Of a stretch of DNA of 64,000 bases, positions 50,630 to 62,800 are shown in pieces; the first letter of the stretch is position 1; every line of letters begins with the position of its first letter. The translations under genes were made by a program, and so were the position numbers. This stretch comes from Azolla caroliniana. Lineage: Eukaryota > Plantae > Polypodiophyta. The notes under the pieces were generated by a model that was given only the letters and a program-made list of their open reading frames with translations, was not told the origin of the DNA and did not search any database. The DNA lies in contig JBHGNT010000006.1 of assembly GCA_043228905.1 (NCBI GenBank), positions 15,872,001 to 15,936,000 on the forward strand, read 5' to 3'.

Positions 50630-53600
50630 TGTTGTACAACGGTGCTCGGCCACAACCGAGGAATAGGATCAACTCACAGAAAACAGGAAATACAAAATGC
50701 CCGAAGGCAATAGAGAGAAGAGTACACAGGGTGTTTTACGTGGAAAACCCTAAATGGGAAAAACCACGGGAGTCCTCAAACTCCAACTATCACTATACAC
50801 AGAGATGTACAATGGTGAAGCTACAAGGCAACAACCTTGAGCTCACTATCTTCGCCACAGGCGGCGGTAATACACAGAGGCGTCGACCTCTTCCTTTCTC
50901 TCTCTCTCTCTCTCGGCTGCTCTCACTTCGCTCTCTCGGCTGAAAACATAAAAATGAGCAACAACATAAAACTGTTTGCCCTAAGTCATATTTATAGACT
51001 TTCGGGCTATTTACAAATATAGCCTCAAGGGCCCTTGGCAAACATATTCTCAAATATGTCCCCGCATCCGGATCTCTCTCCGGGTACATTCGTCATCCGG
51101 CTCCGTAACCGGGGTCTTCATCATCCGGCTCCGGAACCGGGTCTTCATCATCCGGCTCCGGAACCGGGTCTTCATCATCCGGCTCCGTAGCCGGGGTCTT
51201 CATCATCCGGTTCCGTAACCGCAACCGGGCTTGCCGTCATTCATCTCCGGACATCCGACCATCCCATCCGGAGGGACCGTAATCCCAACAAACTCCCCCT
51301 TCACTTCGGCATGGGATGTCTCTCCAATCCGATCCTCTTCCGGCATGCTTCCAGCTTGTCGGGTGTGAGCACCTTGGTCAGCATATCCGACCCGTTCTCG
51401 TCCGTGTGGATCTTCGTCAGCACGAACTCCTTGTCTTCTATTCTTTCCCGGATCCAGTGATATCTTCGCTGGATGTGTTTCGTCCGGGAATGATAGGCCG
51501 CGTTCTTCGCAAGGTGGATGGCACTCTGACTATCGCAGTAGAGCCGGTACTCCTCCTGCCGGATGCCGAGCTCTCTAATGAAGTCCTTCATCCAAATTAT
51601 TTCCTTGCCGGCTTCAACAGCCGCCATGTACTCCGCCTCTGTGGTTGACAACGCAACCGTCTTCTCTAGCCTCGACTGCCATGAAACAGCCCCCCCTGCA
51701 TACGTCATCACATACCCTGATGTGGACCGGCTGGTATCTGCATCAGCCGACATATCCGAATCGGTGAAGCCGTCGAGTTCGGGCTTCCCGGAGCCGAATC
51801 GGAGGCACATGTTCAAAGTGCCCTTTAAGTATCGGAGTATCCATTTGACCGCGTTCCAGTGCTCCTTGCCGGGATTACTCATATACCGGCTCACCACTCC
51901 GACTGCATATCCAATGTCTGGTCGAGTACACACCATTGCGTACATCAAGCTCCCGACGGCAGAGGCATATGGTATCTTCATCATATCCTCCTTTTCAGCT
52001 TTTGTCTTGGGGCTTTGCTTGCTGGACAACTTGCAGTTTGCCGGGAGGGTTGACCCGACCGGTCTTGCTTCCGACATGTTGAACCGGTGAAGCACCTTTG
52101 TCACATACTTCTCCTGTGACAACCACAACTGCTTCTTGCTCCGGTCCCGGATGATGTGCATCCCTAGTATTTGTCTCGCCGGACCCAAGTCCTTCATTGA
52201 GAAGGTTCGGTGAAGAGCCTTCTTCAGCATCCGTATCTTGACCTGGTCCCGTCCGACGATCAACATGTCATCCACGTACAGGAGGAGTATTAGAAAGTCT
52301 CCTCCTTCGAACTTCTTCACAAACACGCAGTGGTCGGACTGCGTTTTGAGGTACCCTTCGTCGGTCATGAAAGAGTCGAACTTCCGGTACCATTGCCGGG
52401 GAGCCTGCTTCAGTCCGTAAAGGCTCTTCTTCAACTGGCATACCAGGTGCTCCTTCCCTTTCTTCTCGAATCCTTCCGGTTGCTGCATGTAGATCTCTTC
52501 TTCGAGGTCGCCGTGAAGGAATGCCGTCTTCACGTCCATCTGTTCTACCTCGAGGTCCATGCTTGCCACTATGCTCAGCACCGTCCGGATGGAGGTCATC
52601 TTCACTACCGGGGCAAATATCTCGTCGAAGTCGACGCCCTTCTTCTGCTGGAACCCCTTCACCACGATCCTGGCTTTGTATCTCGGGGGGTTTCCGGCAT
52701 CTCCCGGTTTCAGCTTGAACACCCACTTGTTTCGAAGTGCCCGCTTTCCTTTCGGCAACTCCACAAGTTCATATGTGTGGTTCTCATGCAGGGAATCCAT
52801 CTCCTCCTGCATGGCACTTAACCACCTGCGGCTATGGGTGTCAAGCTTTGCTTCTTCAAAACTCTCCGGCTCCCCCTCGTCAGTTAGCAGCACGTGCTCT
52901 GGTTCCGGAAATCTCCGGGGGGCCCTTCTCTCTCTTAGAGGATATCTCCGTTCCGGAACTTCGGTAACCGGCTCCTCCGTTTCCTCTTCATCCGAATCCA
53001 TTTCGGGATCGGGGCCGGGTCCGGTATCAGTTTCATCTTCCTCGGCCGGTTCTGTTTCTTCACCGTCTTCGGCCGGATCCTCGAGTGCTAACCGGTCCCT
53101 TGCCGGTCGGGACTGCTCTTCGTAGAGTTGATTCTCACCGGTCGACTTGGAGCTCTTCATCTTCTTCTCCGACTCCCAGTCGGCGAGTGTCTTGTCCTCC
53201 ATGAAGATGATGTCACGACTCCTGAATATCTTCTTGTCGACCGGGTCCCATACTCGGTAGCCGAACTCGTCGTCGCCGTAACCGAGGAATATGCATGGCC
53301 GGGTCTTTGGATCTAGCTTTCCTCTCCGGTCCTTTGCCACATGCACATATGCGAGACACCCGAACACCTTCAGATGCCGGTAAGATACTTCCCTACCGGT
53401 CCACACTCTCTGCGGCGTGTCTCCATCCAAAGGTACTGAGGGTGATCTGTTTATCACATATGTCGCCGTCGACATTGCCTCAGCCCAAAACCCCTTGGGT
53501 AATTTCGCATGCGTCAGCATACTCCGGACCCTCTCCATTATGGTCCGGTTCATCCTCTCGGCCAACCCGTTCAGTTCCGGCGTCTTCGGCACAGTAAACT

Positions 53601-56035
53601 CGAGCCGGATTCCTTTCGAGCGACAGTACTCCTGGAACTGTCCCCGGTATTCCCCTCCGTTATCCGCTCGTATCGCTTTCAGCTTCTTGCCGGATTCCCT
53701 TTCCACTCTCGCGTGGAGTTCTTTGAAGACGCACAACACTTGGTCCTTTGTCTTCAGCGGTGCCGTCCACAGCTTCCGGCTGTGATCATCAATGAATGTT
53801 ACGAAGTACTGGGCTCCGCCATGTGACTTCGTTTCTACCTGACACACATCAGTGTGCACCAACTCCAATGGCGCGCTACGTCTCGTCGGTGGCCTTGAGT
53901 GGAAGGAGGTTCGGTTCTGCTTACCGGCCAGGCAATCGGTGCACTTCTCCAGGTGCACATGCTTCACTGGAATAAGGTTGTCTTCTGCAAGCCTCTTCAT
54001 CCCCTTCTCACTCATGTGGCACAATCTTTTGTGCCACAGCTCACCGGCAATGTCGGCTGCCACATTCAGCTCTTCCGGACATAACCGGGCATTCATCAGG
54101 TAGTGTGTTGACTTTCTGGGCCCGAGCCACTATCAGGCTCCCCTTGCTGAACTTCATTACGCCGTTCCGGATGCTACCTGTGTAGCCTTCGTCGTCTAGC
54201 CTTCCGGCCGAAATCAGGTTCAATCGAACCTCCGGAACGTGCCGGACATCCTTCAGCAGCATTTTGCATCCGGTCGGGGTTGTCAACCACACGTCTCCGA
54301 TGCCGGCAATCCGGCACGTACCTTCATTTCCCATCCGAACACAGCCATGCTCACCGGCTGTGTAGGATGAGAAGTATCTTCTCTCCGGGGTCAGGTGGAA
54401 CGATGCTCCGGAATCGACCACCCAGGTCGTCTCATCGCCGGCAATGTTTACTTCACTTTCTTCGGTGATGAGCATGATTTCTTCCTCACTTGCCGCGAGT
54501 GCCGTTGTTCCTTTCCGGTCCTGCCCTCGCCGATCCGAACCTCTCCGGTCCGTGGCTCCCCGGTATGCACCGTTTCTCTCCGGTGACTTCTTCGAATCAG
54601 TGTCGTCAGCTCCGTTGTCTTTTCGGTAATGCCGACAATTCTTTCGGAAGTGCCCCGGCTTCCCACAGTGGAAGCATGTGGGCCTTCCTCTTGACTGCGA
54701 CCGGGTCCCCGACTTCTCCCGTCTTTGCGGACTCCGGTTCCATTGTCTTCCCCGATCCGATTCGGTAAGCAGCACCTTCGAGTCGGAGGCCGGTTCTTTA
54801 TCTCTCCGACGCGCTTCTTCGTTCAAAATACTTGTCTTTACCGTTTGTAGGGACAAGTTATCTTCGGTGCAGGAGGTGCTGAGAGTCACCACCAAGTTCT
54901 CCCAGCTTTCCGGCAATGTACACATCAGGATGATGGCTTGCATTGCATCCTCCAACGGGAACTTGATCGCCACAAGCTGATTCACGAATCCCATGAACGT
55001 GCTTACGTGTTCCACCATACTCTCGCCGTCCCGGTACTTGAGGTTCACTATCTTCCTCATCAGGGAGGTCCGGTTCAACGCATTCTTCCTCTCGTAGAGG
55101 CCCGACAGCTTCCGCCACATCTCATATGCGTTGGTGTCGTTCGCCACATGTTGTAGAACGCTCACGTCTACGTATTGCCGAATGGTTGCAACGGCTTTCC
55201 GGTTCAGGAGCCTCCATTCCGACTCAAGTACTCCCTTCGGTATTTCCGACCTGTCAATCGGTTCGTACAGGTCCCGAACAATCAGAAGATCCTCCATCTT
55301 GATCTTCCAGTCGGCGTAATTCTGCGCATTCAACACCATCATGCCCGGAGGCCCATTACCGCCGCCTTCCATTTTCTGTGTTACCGTGCTCTGATACCAA
55401 ATGTTGTACAACGGTGCTCGGCCACAACCGAGGAATAGGATCAACTCACAGAAAACAGGAAATACAAAATGCCCGAAGGCAATAGAGAGAAGAGTACACA
55501 GGGTGTTTTACGTGGAAAACCCTAAATGGGAAAAACCACGGGAGTCCTCAAACTCCAACTATCACTATACACAGAGATGTACAATGGTGAAGCTACAAGG
55601 CAACAACCTTGAGCTCACTGTCTTCGCCACAGGCGGCGGTAATACACAGAGGCGTCGACCTCTTCCTTTCTCTCTCTCTCTCTCTCGGCTGCTCTCACTT
55701 CGCTCTCTCGGCTGAAAACATAAAAAGGAGCAACAACACAAAACTGTTTGCCCTAAGTCATATTTATAGACTTTCGGGCTATTTACAAATATAGCCTCAA
55801 GGGCCCTTGGCAAACATATTCTCAAATATGTCCCCGCATCCGGATCTCTCTCCGGGTACATTCGTCATCCGGCTCCGTAACCGGGGTCTTCATCATCCGG
55901 CTCCGGAACCGGGTCTTCATCATCCGGCTCCGTAGCCGGGGTCTTCATCATCCGGTTCCGTAACCGCAACCGGGCTTGCCGTCATTCATCTCCGGACATC
56001 CGACCATCCCATCCGGAGGGACCGTAATCCCAACA
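50630..56035 (-). mobile_element. Young, nearly intact Copia H (Tnt1/Tork-like)
   Basis: LTRs 50630-51290 and 55402-56035. Perfect TSD ACAAC. Met PBS (reverse complement) 55388-55399. PPT (reverse complement) 51291-51302. Confidence 0.96.
51301..55373 (-). CDS. gag-pol: Copia H gag-PR-IN-RT-RH polyprotein with a single frameshift near 54100
   Basis: 467-aa ORF (CFHCGKPGHFRKNC, WVVDSGASFH) and 931-aa ORF (WHKRLCH, VHTDV, YVDDML, STTEAEY) overlap at KVNTL/LMNARL. Confidence 0.93.
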
Positions 56036-56638
56036 ACAACAACAGCCACAATAGCAACAACAGCAACAACAAAGTTCCGAACAACCATTGGATACCCTGG
56101 AGCAGAGTATTCTGGATATCTTGGACGAAGGTTCAGGGCCGGATAGTGGGATTCGACGTACAAGGTATTGTCCCATAGGCGTGCCATGTGTTACTCGGCT
56201 GGCAATGGAGTTAAAGACCAGAATGCGAAAGGGATTGTTATTCAGAATCTATTTTAATTAAGTAGAATAGATTATAATTATGTAGTAAACGGACGGACCG
56301 GAATCGGTATGCCGATCCAGATCCGGACCGGTTCCAAACAGGTGCCGGTTGGCACCGTTTTGTACGCAGCACCGGTGACCTATATAAAGGCCTGGTTATA
56401 ATGTAAAACTTTAACGGAGAAATAATATAATCTTCTTGTTTTATCTTCACATATTGATTACCGTTCTGTATTAATTGTTATATCTTACACGTGTATTAAG
56501 TGAATGCCTTATTGCTAAGTAGCCAATTAAGTCGGATTAATCGTTGTGTCTTAAGTTATCTCGCCGCAACACCCCTTTGGTGAAGTGTCTTCCAGAGACA
56601 CCCTGTGTTAGGCCATTTTTTGGTCCTAAGGATTAACA

Positions 56639-58078
56639 AAGCCTCCGGTAATTCACGTGGCCTATCTGCTTGTGCCACAGGTCGATGTCCGATTCGACCT
56701 TCTGTCCTTTTGCAAACAGAGTGGTGCCGATGTCATTGGTGTCGAGGATAAACATCCTCCTGTCTCTGCACCCTTGTGCAATAATCTGGCCCTCTTCCTC
56801 GATAAAGCACCCAAGGTGCATAAACTGCACCTGTATCCCTTGGTCGACGATCTGTCCGACCGACACCAGGTTCTTCGTGATTGTCGGAACGTGTAATACG
56901 TTCATCAGCTTCCCCTTCTGTTCGACGTGGCTCAAAGGGACTTCTCCGACGTGCACGATTGGGTGAGGAGTGTCATCTCCGGTTTCGACTACTCCTAGTT
57001 GATCCGGTTTCTCCAAAAAGGAGAACCACTCTTTGTGGCTCGTCATGTGGTTCGACGCACTGGAATCAACATACCACACTTCCTCCGATTTGGAAGTGTT
57101 CTTCTTCATCGAGTTCGCCTCGTGCTTCATCACCCAGGCTGGCCCGTTACCGTTCTTGGATCCTCTCGATCCCTTCGCGTAGTGCGAGCTTTGCCGACCA
57201 TCCTTGCTGGATCTAGATTTGTCCGAATCAGCGTGTTTTCTCCAGCACTCACTTTCTCTGTGGCCCTTTTTGCCACAATACTAGTATTCCGTTGCAGTCT
57301 TCTCTTGCCGTCTTCCGGTGCCGCCATGACTCCCCCTTCTCCCAGAGGGTTCGGAACTGCTGTCAGCACGTTCTCTGTGCCTTTGTTCCTGGTCTTGCTG
57401 GCCACCTCCATTGCGTGTTGACCCACCTCGTCCACCACCCCCACGGGACCGATCCGGTTCTGTGTACAACATCCGGTTGTCAATGGGTGCGCTAGTTGAC
57501 GCACCAGCGTGGTTCTCCTCTACAAGGAGCATCGACTGTAAATCGAAAAATGACGGCGTATTCTCCCTTGTACATACCACTGTTCGGAACGCTTTGAACT
57601 TAGATGCCAGGCCCCCAAGACAGACTTGTACCATCTCGTCTTCCTCTACGGTAACGTTGATAGAGGCAAGCGAGTCACAGATCTCTTTGATCCGAGCCGT
57701 GTAATCCACTACCGACATGTCCTTCTGTCGGACATTGCTCAACTCCTGTCAGAGTTGCAGCTTCCGGGTTGTAGTGCTCGCGGCGAAAACCTTCTTCAGG
57801 TTTCCCCAAGCCTCCTTCGGCGTCTTGGCGTCTCAGATGTGGCTCAGTAGCTGGTCTCCGACACTAGACGCGAAGTAGTACATCACTCTGCTTGCTGATT
57901 GTTCCCACACTGGGAAATCCTTATCTGCCGCATCAGGTGCTGTTTCGTTGGCTCCTTCGACGAAACTCCAGTAGCCATGCCCAAACATGTACTGGTGCAT
58001 CTTGTACGACCAAAATGCGTAGTTGGATCTGTCGAGTTTCTCCACAGGGTGCGAGCTAGCCGTTCCTCTATCCATCAC
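56639..58078 (-). pseudogene. gag: Copia G gag, protease and GAG-pre-integrase
   Basis: EKLDRSNYA.WSYKMHQY, WYVDSSASNHM and LWHKQIGHVNY motifs. Confidence 0.9.
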
Positions 58079-58582
58079 TTCTCTGTTTGTTGTTCTTACG
58101 ACCTGTTAGGGTTTGCTTTCAAGTGTTTGTCGGCTATAGAGGTTCTCAACCCTGGCGCTCTAATACCATGAAAACGATTACTTGCGGAAGCGTTAGAAAA
58201 CAGAGAAAGCAGAGAATACACAGAGTACATGGGAGAGACAGAGAGAGCAGAACGTAAAAGCTATATTCAAAACAATATAAACACTCTTCACTTACAACTA
58301 TGTTCAGTAGCACTATTTATACAAGTCCTCGTGGGACTGACAAAAGTACTGCGTACTTCAATGCTCACACGAGCATCTGACACTTACTACGAGACTATAA
58401 CTGCCTAGTAGTCTAAACTAATACTAGGCTTCCGGTTACCGATTGGATCCGGCTAACCGGCTCCCCAGCTCACCGGCTCTGTTGCTTCCCGGCTCGGTTG
58501 CTCACCGGCTTACCGATCCGTCTCGCTCACCGGCTCAGGCTTATCCAGTCGATCTGGCTCCAGTTGAGCTTGCCGCTCAACA

Positions 58583-59161
58583 CTTGTGACCAATAGCTCT
58601 ACTAAACTTATAATCCATAGGTCCCCCACTAGGCTCCCTTTCTTGGATATTTGGATCAATCTGGAGAACTCTAAATTCTCCTTCAATTGTTTCCAAAAAC
58701 CATTAAATTCCTATCAATATCTTCCCTTCTCTTTAGACCATCCTATACATGCTAAACAAAATTTTATTTCAAACGAATCAAAACGCTACCTAGTTAGAGA
58801 AAGCACACCTATAGGGTACCTAGAAATGAAAAAACGTTTCTTCCTTAGACTCATTAGCCGAGGTTACCCACCCCATGTCATCCTTAAAGCCTTTAAAAAA
58901 CATCATTTCTCCCTTAGGAATACTCTCATCCATAAGCATAAAAACAAATCTTCCCTTACACCTACCATATTCAAGTTTAGGTACTCTAAAAACTCCTCTA
59001 AATTAGGCATCCACTCGTTTTTACAAGACTTACACGCCGACCTTAGCATAGATCCCCAACTAAAAGACATTCCTAAGCCTTTCATATGTTGGACCAAGTC
59101 CAAATCACTCTATTCTTATCTAGTCAAAACTAAATATATTAGATCCCCAAATCCCCATTAA
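58583..59161 (+). pseudogene. Penelope-like RT C-part (thumb), ending without an endonuclease
   Basis: LPFLDI, FQKPLNSYQYL...HP..K and RGYP motifs; stop at 59161. Confidence 0.85.
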
Positions 59162-59404
59162 AACATCACACTTACTATTGCTATCTATTTATTAGAACTA
59201 AATATAATAGATTCCCAAATCATCCCTTCCCATCAAACTCATTAGGCTATCCCTCTCTACATTCACTACCTCCCTAACTCCCACATCCTCCTTTATACAC
59301 ATTCAAAACCCCTCTCTCCCTCTCATCCATCCCCACCACTCCCCTTCTCTCTTCTTTCATCTTCCCTTATATAAGCCTCTCACATTTTTGTATATGGTCT
59401 TTAA

Positions 59405-59437
59405 CACTTATGAGCTCATATAGAGCAAAACATGTTT
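59405..59437 (+). ncRNA. Degenerate minimal hammerhead ribozyme of the Penelope-like element
   Basis: C-TTATGA-gctc-atata-gagc-AAAA-catgtt versus the consensus CTGATGA-stemII-GAAA plus a palindromic stem III. Two core mismatches and no clear stem I. Confidence 0.45.
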
Positions 59438-59475
59438 GCCAAAAAACCTTTTCTTACATAAATTGAAATTTGAAT

Positions 59476-59515
<40 letters not shown>

Positions 59516-59818
59516 CTCCTCCCCTATTATTCTCTTTTATACTATTCTTTAGGTACCATACTATTTAACCTAACTATTCAACCACCGAAGGTTATACGCT
59601 CACATTCCTTGCTTAGGCCATACGGCCAACAACTACTAAAGATTTGACATGTCACATGGAGGTTCATTCACTTAGCTATTATCAGCTAATTAGCTAACAC
59701 AATAGTTAATTAGCTATCTCAGAATATGACCATAGCTAATTAGCTACCACAATAGTGATGCAAACATAACATCTATGCTAGTAAATAATCTACGTATTAG
59801 TTTCGTATCCATGAGCAG

Positions 59819-62800
59819 GTCGGAAGATGATATTGTCTTAAAAAGGTCTAGTCTAATGATGTTACTTAATAGTGATGTTGACAATCTTAACATCAGTGTG
59901 ATATCTAAGGTAATTAGTGTTAGTAGAAAAACTGTGTATAATACAATGAACCGGATAATTTCAAGTGGTGAAGGAACTAGTTTGCTAAAGTTAACAGCAA
60001 GATGTAAGCCAATCACCCATAACATCAGAAATCAAGGATATAATCACCATATTTTGGACTAATGAGAGTAGGGTTTCACCCAATAAGAAGGATTTATGGA
60101 GGAAATGTGTTGGAAAGAGTCAATACGAGGAGCATCCCATTCATCTTCTTGATGTACCTCAGGTATTTACATTTATCTCAACTCTTGTTTTGATTTTTAA
60201 GCTTAGTTAGTTAGCTAATTAGGTTTCTCAGAATATGATCATAGCTAACTAGCTATTGGTAATAGGTAAATAACGATTGCCAATAGCTAACTTAGCTATT
60301 ATCAGCTAATAAGCTACCACAATAGCTAATTAGCTATCTTAGAATATGACCATATCTAATTAGCTACCACAATAGCTAATTAGCTATCTCAGAATATGAC
60401 CATATCTAATTAGCTACCACAATAGCTAATTAGCTATCTCAGAATATGACCATATCTAATTAGCTACCACAGTAGCTAATTAGCTATTTGAGAATATGGC
60501 CATAGCTAATTAGCTACCTCAGAATATGACCATAGCTAACTAGCTACTAGTAATAGCTAAACAATGATTGACAATAGCTAACTTAGCTATTATCAGCTAA
60601 TTAGCTACCACAATAGTTAATTAGCTATCTCAGAATATGAAAATAGCTAATTCGCTATCACAATAGCTAATTAGCTACCTTAGAATATGATCATAGCTAA
60701 CTAGCTACCAAAAGAGCTCATTAGCTACTTCATAATATGACCATGGCTAATTAGCTATCTTAGAATATGACCATAGGTAATTAGCTACCACAATAGCTAA
60801 TTAGCTACCTCAGAATATGACCATAGCTAACTAGCTACTGGTAATAGCTAAATAATGATTGACACTAGCAAACTTAGTTATTATCAGATAATTAGCTACC
60901 ACAATAGCTAATTAACTATCTCAGAATATGACCATAGCTAATTAGCTACCACAATAGCTAGTTAGCTACCTCAGAATATGACTATAGCTTATAAGCTACT
61001 GGTAACAGCTAAATAGCGATTGGCAATAGCTAACTTAGCTATTATTGGCTAATTAGCTACGAAAATAGCTAATTAGCTATCTCAGAATATCTCAATAGCT
61101 AATTAGCTACCACAATAGCTAATTAGCTACCTCAGAGTATGACCATAGGTAACTGGCTACTGGTAATAGCTAAATAGCGATTGGCAAAAGCGAACTAAGC
61201 TATTATCAGCTAATTAGCTACCACAATAGCTAATTAGCTATCTCAGAATATGTCAATAGCTAATTAGCTACCTCAGAATATAACCACAACTAACTAGCTA
61301 TTGGTAATAATTAAATAGTGATAGGCAATAGCGAACTTAGCTATTATCAGCTAATTAGCTATCTCAGAATATGGCAATAGCTAATTAGCTACGACAATAG
61401 CTATTTAGCTACCTCAAAATATGACCATAGCTACCTTAATAGCTAGTTAGCTATGTGAGGAGCTAATTAGCTATTAAGGTAGCTAAATAGCTATTGTCAA
61501 TAACTAAATAGCTACTGTCAATAGCTAATTAGCTACTCCTAATAGCTAATTAGCTACTGGCAATAGCTACATCAGGGCACATTTTTGATACTCACTGGAC
61601 TCCCTTTTTATTACGCAGGTTGATTTATTTATTAGTTTCAGGCGAATGCATCCATATATCAAAGTTCAACTACGAACATTCGAGTCTCTTAAGCCACACT
61701 TTGTGAGACGCTTAAAGGATCGATACACATGATGTTGTATTTACCATGTACAAATGGGTTTTCTCAAGGACTCTGTTAATCTACAACGTCACCATAGCTC
61801 CTCCCTAGAGGATGCAGTCTGCACTTGTGAGTGCCCAATTTGTCGATCTAGCTTGCAAGAGTACTGTAAATCATTAGAGCATGTTATTTTTTCCATGAGT
61901 GGTCTTTTCGATTCAGTATTGTGTCTTCCACACTCATAAATGTGTCATGGGTTAATCTCAAGATTGTGGCCCTAATAGATTTAGGTGGTGTCCAAAAGAG
62001 TTGAGTAGTGAAATAATCTCTATCAAGTTATTTGAGTCTGTGGACACCAATTTTGAAGGAAAGGTGTGCAAAAGAAAGGATGTAGTTAGAAAGTCTCTTA
62101 AACCAAGGGATTTGACGTCTTTGTTTGTAGTATCTCTAGGAAAGTTCATTAAACACAACTTCATTTATTCATGGCAGTCCCATCAGTTTAAGACTTGCAT
62201 ATCTTATTTTCCAAATGATGTAGTAGTCTCAGTAGTAGATTTCGTAGAGAATTATACTTTCAAGCAGTAGAATGAAATTCAATCCTTGCATTGGTGTTTA
62301 GTGCAAGTAACCATTTTTGTGCACATAACATATTTTCGAGTTTCAGGTGATGTTAAGAAAGTAATTCATTTTTTTATTTCTAATGATAAGAAGCATGATA
62401 CCTTCTTTGTCCAACACTGTTTTAAGTTATTGGCAATGGTTATCATGTCAACGTTTGGAGCTTACTCAACATTGGGTTTGGTCTGATGGAGCTCCGTCAC
62501 AATTCCAGGCTAGACGTCCATTTTATTTTGTTGGAAGGTATCCTTATGTAATAGGTTTGGAGATGAGATGGAATTTTTTTGGGTCTGGCCATGGTAAAGG
62601 TGACCATGATGGAGTAGGTGAACTTAACCATGAACAACTAAAGGTAGATAGTGTGCATATGAATTGTGCAACACATGTAGTTGAATTTTTAAGAGCTAAT
62701 ATGTCAACGAGTGCAACTGGTGTTTATTCCTTGCAAGTCCGAGATATCAAATGCAAATTTTGGGAAGTGAAGATAGATGAAGTAAATAGGGAGAAGACCT

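Larger units (their letters stand above)
47892..56140 (+). pseudogene. Extra 3' ORF of C, interrupted near its end by Copia H
   Basis: MDCQALSEAAKKWL... followed by coiled-coil fragments to 50629. It resumes at 56041 with poly-Q and LDTLEQSILDILDEG. Confidence 0.8.
41587..56638 (+). mobile_element. Non-chromovirus Ty3/Gypsy element C (degenerate relative of A and B)
   Basis: 450-bp LTRs 41587-42036 and 56189-56638. TSD aagct/aagcc. PBS tggcgaccac at 42044-42053. Confidence 0.92.
37633..58582 (-). mobile_element. Ty1/Copia element G
   Basis: LTRs 37633-38050 and 58169-58582. TSD ctttt/cttgt. PBS (reverse complement gctctaatacca) 58157-58168. PPT (reverse complement ctccccctcaag) 38051-38062. 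Confidence 0.93.
35331..59615 (+). mobile_element. Penelope-like retroelement (no GIY-YIG endonuclease seen), split by Copia G
   Basis: RT pieces on both sides of G. Candidate TSD ccatacgg at 35321-35328 and 59618-59625. Boundaries are tentative. Confidence 0.65.

Noticed and set aside
54041-54110. Programmed frameshift in Copia H
   Set aside because: It falls between protease and integrase with no slippery site, and Copia polyproteins are normally a single frame. A small deletion is the simpler explanation.
60205-61570. CRISPR-like array
   Set aside because: The spacers are themselves repeated, there are no cas genes, and the context is a eukaryotic intron.
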